The translations under genes were made by a program, and so were the position numbers. From positions 1-64,000 of IMG/VR virus record IMGVR_UViG_3300027374_000458: a stretch of 64,000 nt of DNA; one strand, written 5' to 3'. Positions 16,069-24,645 of the stretch are shown here, one piece after another. This stretch comes from a virus (lineage: Duplodnaviria; Caudoviricetes). A model generated the notes under the pieces. It searched no databases, was not told where the DNA came from, and worked only from the letters and a program-made list of their open reading frames with translations. Numbering within the stretch: the first letter of the stretch is position 1; each line of letters starts with the position of its first letter.

Positions 16069-18345
16069 ATGAGCATCGTAGCGGCGTTTGATAAAACGCT
16101 GTTCAGCAATCCTGCCAGCCGGTACGCCGTTCTGCGGCTGAAGACGGCTGACATCATGATCCCCCAGGAGGCCCGAAGCCCTTACCGCTATCAAGATAAT
16201 CTGATCCGCTTTACCGCTGTAGGTTATGATCTGCCTCAGACGGATGCAGTGAAGATGGAGCTGGAGGGAAGCTGGGTTAAGGGGAAATACGGTTGTCAAC
16301 TCCAGGTGGAGCGTTGGCATGAGATTGTCCCAGCCACCATCGAGGGCATACGCGGTTATCTTGCCTCCGGTCTTTTGAAAGGCATCGGGGAAAAGACAGC
16401 GGACGCTATTGTAGCACGTTTCGGCGTAGATGCCTTGAATGTACTGGAAAAGCACCCTGAGCGTCTGCTGGAGATTCGCGGCATTACAGAGGAACGGCTG
16501 GAAGAGATCAAGGCCGGCTATGCTGAGAGCAAAGTCATGCGGGAGTTGATGACTCTGCTGGCTCCGTTCAAGGTGACGCCTACCACGGCTATGAAAATCT
16601 ACCAGCATTTTGGAGGTGTGGGGGTTGAGCTTTTGCGAAAAAGCCCTTACCGCCTGTGCCAGGTTCCCGGATTCGGATTCAAGCGTGTAGACGCTATCGT
16701 ACAGAAGTCCGGCGGTGATCCCCATGACCCCATGCGGATACAGGGCGCTCTATTCTACGCGTTGGAAAAGTCCCGCAGCGAGGGCGGGCATCTCTACATG
16801 GAAGCGGCACAGATGATCCGCTCCGCGATGCAGCTTCTCAACGAGAAAATCCCAATGCAGGAAGAACGGCTGCAGCAACCGCAGGTGGAGCAGGAACTGG
16901 AAGCCATGATTCTGACCAATGTAGTTGTCTCCAATAAGGGAAACATCTACCTGCCCCATGTATTTACCCAGGAGAACGAAACTGCCTGCAAGGTTGTTCA
17001 GATGGCGCTGGAGGTTCCCCCTCCTGTGAACCTCTCCTCCGTGATGGAGCAGATCAAGGAAAAGTTGGGTATCTCTCTGTCCGGGCGGCAGGCGGAAGGT
17101 GTGCAGATGGTATTCCGCCATAATCTGTCTATCATCACTGGTGGACCCGGTACCGGAAAAAGTACCATTTTGAAAGCTGTGGTGGAGGCATACCGCCTGT
17201 TATATCCCAGAGGTACGATTTCCCTTGCGGCCCCTACGGGTAAGGCAAGCCGACGTATGGCGGAAACTACCGGCATCAACAACGCGCAAACCATTCACAG
17301 CCTACTTGGACTCCATGGAGAAGGCAGCGGCTGGCGAAAAAAAGAACCTCTGAAAACCGATCTGCTGATTGTGGACGAATGTTCCATGCTGGATATGTGG
17401 CTGGCGCATCAGTTGTTTTCCCGGCTGAGTCCCGGTACCAAAGTCCTACTGGTAGGTGACGCCGACCAGTTGGAGAGCGTAGGGGCGGGTAACGTGTTCC
17501 AAGAGTTGATTGACAGCGGCCTTGTACCCGTAACGGTATTGGATGAGATCTTCCGTCAGGCCAAAGGGAGCCTTATTGCCTATAACGCCAGATTTATCAA
17601 CGAGGGTAACGGTGAGTTGTACTATGGCGCGGACTTTGCCTTTATCCGGGCGGAATCCCAGCCGGAGGTGGCCGAACTGATCCGCAGTCTGTATAAAAAG
17701 GAAGCGGCGACCACCGGCATCGGTCAGGTTCAGATCCTCTCCCCATTCCGTTCAGAGGGCGAGGCATCCTCGCAGGGAATGAATGAAGCCATCCGGGATG
17801 AAATCAATCCGGCAGCGGAGAACAAGCCGGAGGTCATCCGCAGCGGAAGGCTGTTCCGGTTGAATGACCGGGTTATGCAGATCAGAAACAACTACGATAT
17901 TACGCTGCATGACAGCACCGGCAAGCAGGTATCCGCAGGCGTGTTCAACGGTGAAACCGGATACATCTCCAATATTCAATCCGGCACCGTCACCGTAAAT
18001 TACGATGGGCGCTATGCGGATTATCCGTTGGAGAGCGTGGATGAGTTGGAACTGGCCTATGCCATGACCATCCATAAATCCCAGGGCAGCGAATGCGATA
18101 CCGTTATCATCCCTATGCTGGCGGCGCACAAGATTCTTCTGACCCGCAATCTGCTCTATACCGCAGTGACCCGTGCCAAGCGCCGGGTGTTTCTGGTGGG
18201 CCAGAGAAAAGCTCTTTACATGGCTGTTGGCAAAACACGGAAGGGCAAACGTAATACCCTCCTGGCGGAGCGGATGCGGCTGTACCATCAAACACAATCC
18301 GGCAAAATTGTCACAAATAAGGCAGAAATGCGCCGGGCAAGCTAA
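16069..18345 (+). CDS. recD2: RecD2-like SF1B helicase
   Basis: HhH KGIGEKTA, Walker A TGGPGTGKS, DECSM, VGDADQL, AYAMTIHKSQGSE, LLYTAVTRAK. Confidence 0.95.
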   Translation: MSIVAAFDKTLFSNPASRYAVLRLKTADIMIPQEARSPYRYQDNLIRFTAVGYDLPQTDAVKMELEGSWVKGKYGCQLQVERWHEIVPATIEGIRGYLASGLLKGIGEKTADAIVARFGVDALNVLEKHPERLLEIRGITEERLEEIKAGYAESKVMRELMTLLAPFKVTPTTAMKIYQHFGGVGVELLRKSPYRLCQVPGFGFKRVDAIVQKSGGDPHDPMRIQGALFYALEKSRSEGGHLYMEAAQMIRSAMQLLNEKIPMQEERLQQPQVEQELEAMILTNVVVSNKGNIYLPHVFTQENETACKVVQMALEVPPPVNLSSVMEQIKEKLGISLSGRQAEGVQMVFRHNLSIITGGPGTGKSTILKAVVEAYRLLYPRGTISLAAPTGKASRRMAETTGINNAQTIHSLLGLHGEGSGWRKKEPLKTDLLIVDECSMLDMWLAHQLFSRLSPGTKVLLVGDADQLESVGAGNVFQELIDSGLVPVTVLDEIFRQAKGSLIAYNARFINEGNGELYYGADFAFIRAESQPEVAELIRSLYKKEAATTGIGQVQILSPFRSEGEASSQGMNEAIRDEINPAAENKPEVIRSGRLFRLNDRVMQIRNNYDITLHDSTGKQVSAGVFNGETGYISNIQSGTVTVNYDGRYADYPLESVDELELAYAMTIHKSQGSECDTVIIPMLAAHKILLTRNLLYTAVTRAKRRVFLVGQRKALYMAVGKTRKGKRNTLLAERMRLYHQTQSGKIVTNKAEMRRAS

Positions 18346-18381
18346 ACGCTTTACCTCCGGGTAAGCGTTAAACTTATGGAG

Positions 18382-18420
18382 ATGCAAGCACTCGAAAGGG
18401 TACTGGCGTCTTTTTTTATT
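18382..18420 (+). terminator. Terminator-like hairpin after recD2
   Basis: GATGC...GAAA loop...GCGTC followed by TTTTTTT. Confidence 0.5.
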
Positions 18421-18473
18421 GTCATTTGGCGGTTACACCGCTATTTGAATTTTTATTGAAGGGAGCATAACAC

Positions 18474-19619
18474 ATGAACGCGAAAGAAACCACAATTATC
18501 CGCACTGTCCCCGCCGCCGGCGCCCTGCATAAGGTCCCCGGCTTTGATCCGCTCAGGCATTTGCAGCGAATCACCAATGGAAATGGCGATCAGGTGCTTC
18601 AGCTGGGGCTTCCCTATAAGCGCCTCTGGTTTCGCCTGGCCTGCCCCAGCGGGAGACTGCTGTTGAATCCGCTGCGGATCACCGACCAGATTGCGATTTT
18701 CGAGGCGCAGGTATTCTTCCAGAGGGAGGACCCCACCCCGGCCAGCAGCTTTACCTCCACCAAGACGGCGCAGGAAGCCAGAGGCTATATTCGCGCCGCA
18801 CAGGATGAGGCTTTGAGCATTGCGCTGGACAATGCCGGCTTTGGCATCCAGCTTTGCGATGTGACGCAGAGCGCGGACGGTGGCAACGCTATCACTGAAG
18901 CGTCCAGGCCGCAGATCGATACAACTGCCCGAGTGCAGCCGCAGCGAAAAGCTCCGGCAGAGACAACTCCGGCCGTTGGCAGCACGGAACAGATTCCCCA
19001 GGAACAGGAAGCGGTTGAGGCTGTGACAATTTCTCAGCCAATCCAGCAGTCCACAGAAACTGAGGACGCCGCGGTTTCCGCCCAGTCCCAAGAGGCTGTG
19101 ACGGAGACGCCGCCTGTGGTTCAGCAGTTGCAGGCGGAAGTCTCTCCCGCTGATGCTGTCCCGGCACACGCCGAGGAGTTGGCAGAGGCAGTCGGTACGG
19201 CACAGGCAGAAAGCCAAGTGGCAGAAACCGCTGAACTGCATCAGGAGCCGTCAAACCAGACTGCGCAGGAGAATTCTCCCATTAAAGTTTTGAATTTCCT
19301 TGCTGAAACCGGGGTTGCCTCTGCTCCTGTCGAGGACGCCGCAGCCGCTGCGATCACCAAGGTGGAAACTGCCGTTACGTCCCCAGTCTACACGGAGGAT
19401 ATGTCTGTCGAGGAAATCGCCGCACGAATGACGGTGGAGGAGGCCCAGAAAATGATCGTCACCTCCGGTCCCAACAAAGGCTGGACTTTGGCGCAGGTCG
19501 CGGAAAGGCGTCCTTCCAGCCTGAAGTTCTTTACGACACCCTACTGCGAAGCTGCCAACATCTTTAAGGCCGCCGCCACCCTGATGCTCCAGGAAGTTAA
19601 CCAGCAGAAGGCCGGATAA
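18474..19619 (+). CDS. Hypothetical protein, possibly a single-strand annealing protein, with a long A/E/Q/T/P linker
   Basis: KRLWFRLACPSGR resembles the N-termini of Rad52/Sak-like SSAPs; C-terminal GPNKGWTLAQV module. Confidence 0.5.
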   Translation: MNAKETTIIRTVPAAGALHKVPGFDPLRHLQRITNGNGDQVLQLGLPYKRLWFRLACPSGRLLLNPLRITDQIAIFEAQVFFQREDPTPASSFTSTKTAQEARGYIRAAQDEALSIALDNAGFGIQLCDVTQSADGGNAITEASRPQIDTTARVQPQRKAPAETTPAVGSTEQIPQEQEAVEAVTISQPIQQSTETEDAAVSAQSQEAVTETPPVVQQLQAEVSPADAVPAHAEELAEAVGTAQAESQVAETAELHQEPSNQTAQENSPIKVLNFLAETGVASAPVEDAAAAAITKVETAVTSPVYTEDMSVEEIAARMTVEEAQKMIVTSGPNKGWTLAQVAERRPSSLKFFTTPYCEAANIFKAAATLMLQEVNQQKAG

Positions 19620-19634
19620 AGGCGGGAGGAGTTT

Positions 19635-20729
19635 ATGAAAAGCATTATCAATGCGGAGAAATTTTACGGTGCATTGAAAAAAGCGTTTCTTTCCTCCGCA
19701 AAAAAATCCAAAATTCCAGGCCTGATGAACGCCCAAATCTCATTTCAGGGAAGCGAGTGCGTTGTCACCTGTACGGATTTTAACCAATGGTGTCAGGTAA
19801 CCATTCCTGCCTGCGGCGATACATTCTCTTTCCAGCTTAAAAACACGAAACGCACTCTGACAATCTGCAATCACTATTCCGGTGATTTGAGCGTAGAGTA
19901 CGCGGCCTCCGGGTGTGACAGTCAGCATGGCGCCCTTACCTTTCGGTGCGGCGGGAAAGCCTGCACGCAGGAAGCTGCGGAGGCGGATGACATCCTGAAC
20001 CCGCCGGAAATCAAAGAGACGCATACCTATCAGGCTGACGCAAGCACTCTGTTTCAGAGATATAAAAGGATCAAGTACGCCTTATCTGACAACAGCGCGC
20101 GTCCCACCAGCCAATGTGTGCAGTTCCAAGACAGCCGCATGGTGGCAGTGGATGGATACCGTCTGGCGGTGAGCTGCGATCCAGCGCTTCAGGTTGAAGG
20201 TGTCTTTTTTATCCCGCCCGGCGCAATGAATTTACTCCCTGTTTTGGGAAATACATCCTGCACACTGCTGGTTGGGGAAAAGCACATTGCCTTTGCGGCC
20301 AACGGTGTCCGCATTGTGACCCGTGTCCCCAAGGGGGATGGGCTGAATGTAGACGCTGTTATACCGAAAACGAGCCAGGAAGAGCATACCGTGAATGTTG
20401 ATTCATTCATCCATGATCTGCAATATCTGAGCGAGTTTATCACAGCCCCGGAGAGCCAGGCTGTACGTTTCGCTGAAAAATCCATGAGCCTGTCTACCCC
20501 TGTAGGTCAATGCAGCGTGGCCTTGGAGCTGCAGCAGCCGTTGAAAACCGTCTGCGGCTTTAACGGACGGTATATGCTGGAGAGCTTAAAGCAGTTCAGC
20601 GCAAAGAAAGCGCACAGCATCACTATGGGCCTCTCCAGCCCTATCGCCCCTATTCTTTTGACAGACGGCGATGAGGACTTGGCAATGGTTTTGCCCATGC
20701 GCCTGAAAGACGACGCAAGCGCGGCTTGA
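19635..20729 (+). CDS. dnaN: DNA polymerase III beta sliding clamp homolog
   Basis: 364 aa; MVAVDGYRLAV, GFNGRYMLESL, PILLTD...MVLPMRL. Confidence 0.8.
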   Translation: MKSIINAEKFYGALKKAFLSSAKKSKIPGLMNAQISFQGSECVVTCTDFNQWCQVTIPACGDTFSFQLKNTKRTLTICNHYSGDLSVEYAASGCDSQHGALTFRCGGKACTQEAAEADDILNPPEIKETHTYQADASTLFQRYKRIKYALSDNSARPTSQCVQFQDSRMVAVDGYRLAVSCDPALQVEGVFFIPPGAMNLLPVLGNTSCTLLVGEKHIAFAANGVRIVTRVPKGDGLNVDAVIPKTSQEEHTVNVDSFIHDLQYLSEFITAPESQAVRFAEKSMSLSTPVGQCSVALELQQPLKTVCGFNGRYMLESLKQFSAKKAHSITMGLSSPIAPILLTDGDEDLAMVLPMRLKDDASAA

Positions 20730-20772
20730 CCATACGATGATTCCCGTTTCATACAAGTCCCTCTTATAAAAT

Positions 20773-22488
20773 GTGAAGAAAGGAGTGAGCCACATCTATT
20801 CGTCGGATTTCCCGTTTACCATCATGGATGTGGTCTCCCTTCTCCGCCTGCCAATCAGGCGGAGAGGGGCGGGCCATGTTTATACTGACTGCCCGTTCTG
20901 CGGCGACCGCCGCGGCAAGCTGGGTATCAGCCCGGAGAAAAATGTATGGCGCTGTAACTACTGCGGCGAGGGCGGCGGTATGCTTACCCTCTATGCCCAA
21001 ATATACGGTATCAGCAATTCTGAGGCGTACCATGAAATATGGGATGCCCTGGCGACAGACGGTTTCGCGCAGGCATATGAGGCGCCCGCAAAGGCATCCT
21101 CTGCTTCTGCTGCGGAATCTACCCAGGCGGACAGGGTCAGTGCGGAGACGCTTCACGAAACATACTCTGCGCTTTTGTCAATGCTGATGCTGGACAACGC
21201 CCACCGGGAGCATCTGCGCACAGCACGGGGACTGACGGATGAACAGATCGAGAGCTTCGGTTTCAAAAGCACGCCGTCCTCCCGTATGTGCCAAACCCTG
21301 ACGGAACGCCTGATGAAACAAGGCCGCACGATAAAGGGTGTACCTGGTTTTTTTGTCAACGACTATGGTAAGTGGACGGTCAAATTCTATGAGCGCACAT
21401 CCGGCATCATCATCCCTATCCGGGAGATCGACGGTCTGATCCACGGGTTACAGATTCGTCTGGACAACCCTATCAAGGATAAGGATGATCCCCCGGAGAA
21501 AACAGGGACGAAATATCTTCCGCTGTCGTCTACCGGCAAAAGCATGGGTTCTAGTGCGGGCAGCCCCGTCCATTTTGTGGGAGACCCGTATGCCCGTGCA
21601 GTTTATGTGACAGAGGGCGCATTGAAAGCGGATATTTGTCATGCTCTGACGGGCAGGACATTTGCCGCGACCATTGGAGCGAACAATGTGGCTGCTCTGG
21701 ACGCCCTTTTCGCCCTTCTAAAGAAAAATGGAACCCAGCAAATCGTAGAAGCGGACGATATGGACAAGTTTTATAACAAGATGGTACATAGCGGCGCAAT
21801 GAAAATCCACCGGATGGCAGAGAAAAACGGCCTGCTGTGCCACCAGCTGGTCTGGAATCCAAACTACAAGGGGATGGACGACTGGCTGTTGGCGCAGCAG
21901 CGCAAGAAAAACACAAATGAGGTGACAACGCGAATGAATTTCAAAGAGATGTACCTGCACGGCCTGTGCGACCTTCGATATATGGAGGACTGTACGGAGC
22001 AGTGGCACAACAGCCCGGACATCAGCGTCAGCCTGCGGGAATACCTGGGCCTGACGGAGCATGAATATGAGGTCTATTTGCAAGGCGATGTCAGCGTTTC
22101 TTTTGAGGCTCTGATGAACAGTCAGCGTCAGGAACGGAAATTCCGTATCTATCAGCTCGATCTCAGCGGCGACAGGGTAATCCCGTTTGCTTTCCAGGGT
22201 ATTGAGAAAATGCGGGCCGCCGGCTATGACCAGCCGCCTGCCTCTGAATACCGCCTGATTTACGATGGCTATTTTATGGCGCCGTTGGATCAAACAAACG
22301 CAGAGGTTTTGGAACGTGTTTTCGCCTGTTTCAACGACAACCTGCCCGAGGGCTACCATGGCCGCAGCGTATCCATGTCGGATGTCATTGAGCTATACGA
22401 CAAAAACGACCGCAGGTATTTTTACTGCGATCATATCGGATTCGCTCCCGTACAGTTTTCGCCCATGCTGGCAAAGCGCGGCGGATGA
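20773..22488 (+). CDS. Primase-like protein (CHC2 Zn finger and TOPRIM) fused to a C-terminal YodL domain
   Basis: CPFC...WRCNYC, VTEGALKAD, EADDMD, KGMDDWL; C-terminal FRIYQL...GYHGRSVSMSDVI...YCDHIGF. Start codon uncertain. Confidence 0.8.
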   Translation: MKKGVSHIYSSDFPFTIMDVVSLLRLPIRRRGAGHVYTDCPFCGDRRGKLGISPEKNVWRCNYCGEGGGMLTLYAQIYGISNSEAYHEIWDALATDGFAQAYEAPAKASSASAAESTQADRVSAETLHETYSALLSMLMLDNAHREHLRTARGLTDEQIESFGFKSTPSSRMCQTLTERLMKQGRTIKGVPGFFVNDYGKWTVKFYERTSGIIIPIREIDGLIHGLQIRLDNPIKDKDDPPEKTGTKYLPLSSTGKSMGSSAGSPVHFVGDPYARAVYVTEGALKADICHALTGRTFAATIGANNVAALDALFALLKKNGTQQIVEADDMDKFYNKMVHSGAMKIHRMAEKNGLLCHQLVWNPNYKGMDDWLLAQQRKKNTNEVTTRMNFKEMYLHGLCDLRYMEDCTEQWHNSPDISVSLREYLGLTEHEYEVYLQGDVSVSFEALMNSQRQERKFRIYQLDLSGDRVIPFAFQGIEKMRAAGYDQPPASEYRLIYDGYFMAPLDQTNAEVLERVFACFNDNLPEGYHGRSVSMSDVIELYDKNDRRYFYCDHIGFAPVQFSPMLAKRGG

Positions 22489-22736
22489 CACAGGATGAAA
22501 AACTAAGGGAATTGTCTGTTTTCTGCCGCAATTTGGGTGCAGAGGTTCGCTATCACCCGGAATATGGTCATTTTACGGCAATGCTCTGGGAAGAAGATCA
22601 ATGGAGCGAAGCACAGGCACGCTCCATCCAGGAAGAAATACAACAGCTGACCACCAGCTATCCGGGACTGGTGTGCTATTGCTTCGACGCTTTCAGCACA
22701 TTGGTCTATACGGTATCGGAACGTCGGTCAGGCTGA
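22485..22736 (+). CDS. Hypothetical protein
   Basis: ATGA overlap with the upstream gene; operon position. Confidence 0.6.
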   Translation: MTQDEKLRELSVFCRNLGAEVRYHPEYGHFTAMLWEEDQWSEAQARSIQEEIQQLTTSYPGLVCYCFDAFSTLVYTVSERRSG

Positions 22737-22755
22737 AAAGAAGGAGAGAGACAAT

Positions 22756-22962
22756 ATGAAATTACTGCTCACATACGTTGGGAGCGACAGTTGGGACAGG
22801 CCGGTTTATCAGGACTGCGACGGCACACTGTACGTCGATGTTGACCCGCGAAAGGGCTGGCAGCCGCATATCTGTACCAAATGCAACAACGAGTTTGACG
22901 GGGAACCGGACTGCCCAGTATCCGGCGAAGTCGAATTTGCTCCGTGCAGGGTCGTCTGGTAA
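22756..22962 (+). CDS. Hypothetical protein
   Basis: RBS AAGGAG; DSWDRPVY and NNEFDGEPD motifs. Confidence 0.65.
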   Translation: MKLLLTYVGSDSWDRPVYQDCDGTLYVDVDPRKGWQPHICTKCNNEFDGEPDCPVSGEVEFAPCRVVW

Positions 22963-22973
22963 AGGGGCGTCCC

Positions 22974-23195
22974 ATGGACATATTGTTTGACATTTCATTC
23001 TTATTGCAGGAAACAAAGGAGATTCACCATGTTCTCCTGCCGTTTCTCCCCAGAAACGGGGATCAGATTGTACTCAATGGGAGCGTCTACATTGTCAAAA
23101 AAATTATGTATGACCTCTCAACATATCAGGGCGGCTGTCCCTCAGCCATTCCCGCCAAGGTCTTTGTTCGGCGGAAAACCGACAACGATTACTAA
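22974..23195 (+). CDS. Hypothetical protein
   Basis: Fills the operon gap. Confidence 0.5.
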   Translation: MDILFDISFLLQETKEIHHVLLPFLPRNGDQIVLNGSVYIVKKIMYDLSTYQGGCPSAIPAKVFVRRKTDNDY

Positions 23196-23222
23196 TTTAT
23201 AAAGAAAAAGGAGAACACGACA

Positions 23223-24101
23223 ATGGGCGTATTTTCTGAACTCGCTATGGAGCACGACGCTTTTCATTCCCAGGAGGATGTACCCACGGGTTTCTTGATG
23301 GAGGACGAACCGGTTTCTTTGGCACCGCAGGATCTTCAAACGCAGGTATCAGCGGCTGAGTGCCCTGCTCCGGCAGTTCCCTCCGAGACTGTCAGCGGTG
23401 ATGGCAGTGGAACCGGCGTCAAGGATGTGCCGGAGGAAAAGGCTGAAACCGCAGAGTCCGAGGACGATAAGCGCAAGGCACATGAGGAGGCTGAAGCCAA
23501 GCGCAAGGCCGAATTTGACGCCAAACAGGCGGCAAAAAACGCGGCCATGCAGGAACAGCTCGCCAAATTGGCCGCTATGAGTGACGAGGAGGTGCTGGCA
23601 GCTTCCATGCAGCGGGTCAGCGAGGACACAGAAAAGCTGACCAGACGCAACATGAAGGAGTGCGTGGCCGAGCATATTCAGACCAAATGCCTGGAAGACC
23701 CGGCTTTTGCCCGGCTGACTATGCACCCGAAGAAAAACATGATCCACTGTTTCCAATACATCAGCCGGAAAGCGTGGGAGTATGTTCAGGACGAGTTGAA
23801 AGCCAACGGTATCAAGCCCGGCCCCGGCCAGCAGGCTTATGGGTGCGATGTTCCCGACGGCCTGTGCTATCAGTGGGCGGAGGACTATTTCCATGACCCG
23901 GATGCCAAAGAGGATCATGCGGATGAGGAAAAGTTTGTTCCGAAGCCTTACACCGGCGGCACATCCAAGTCCAAGACCACAGGTAAAAAGGATAAGGGCA
24001 AGAAAAAGGCGGAAAAGAAACCGCCTGAAACGCCCAAACCCGAGCCTGACCCGAAGCCCAAGGATAACGAAGGGCAGATGAGCCTGCTGGAAGTGGCCTG
24101 A
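23223..24101 (+). CDS. PcfK-like protein
   Basis: CFQYISRKAWEYV...CDVPDGLCYQWAEDYF; Lys/Pro-rich tail ending GQMSLLEVA. Confidence 0.75.
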   Translation: MGVFSELAMEHDAFHSQEDVPTGFLMEDEPVSLAPQDLQTQVSAAECPAPAVPSETVSGDGSGTGVKDVPEEKAETAESEDDKRKAHEEAEAKRKAEFDAKQAAKNAAMQEQLAKLAAMSDEEVLAASMQRVSEDTEKLTRRNMKECVAEHIQTKCLEDPAFARLTMHPKKNMIHCFQYISRKAWEYVQDELKANGIKPGPGQQAYGCDVPDGLCYQWAEDYFHDPDAKEDHADEEKFVPKPYTGGTSKSKTTGKKDKGKKKAEKKPPETPKPEPDPKPKDNEGQMSLLEVA

Positions 24102-24643
24102 TGATTGCGTACAAAGGATTTGAACAAGGCCTGATTTGCAGAGAATATCAGTTCCACATGGGCTTGAATGTGACAGATAAGGCCAACTGTGCCCAAAACG
24201 GGTTCCATTGTGCAGAAAATCCGCTGGACTGCCTGAGTTATTACTCCAATATGGAGCAATCAGTATATTATCTGGTAATTGCCGGCGGGGATGTGGATGA
24301 GGATAACTGCGACTCCAAGATTTCCTGCACGGAACTGACAATCGTCAAGCAGTTGAGCAAACCTGATTTTTTTCTCCATGCCCTTGCCTATATGGTGGAT
24401 CATCCGAGCAGGCAGTGGAATCGTCATGTTCACAGCAACTTCGCGGAAGCGAACTGCGGCTTTGCGGTGGTCCGCTGGATAGATCCTGTCGCCAGAGGCG
24501 GCCTGGGGGATATCCTGGCGTTTGCCAAGGAGTCTGCGGACGGCAGAAATATCATACAGGTCGCACTGGCACAGGTGGACGGCAAGAAAGTAATGCCGGG
24601 CATCTGGTACGGCGTTGACCTGAAACGAAGGGAGGCAGCATAG
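24101..24643 (+). CDS. Phage/ICE conserved protein (DUF7666-like)
   Basis: IAYKGF...CREYQF...GFHCAENPLDCLSYY...SKIS. Confidence 0.7.
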   Translation: MIAYKGFEQGLICREYQFHMGLNVTDKANCAQNGFHCAENPLDCLSYYSNMEQSVYYLVIAGGDVDEDNCDSKISCTELTIVKQLSKPDFFLHALAYMVDHPSRQWNRHVHSNFAEANCGFAVVRWIDPVARGGLGDILAFAKESADGRNIIQVALAQVDGKKVMPGIWYGVDLKRREAA

Positions 24644-24645
24644 TC

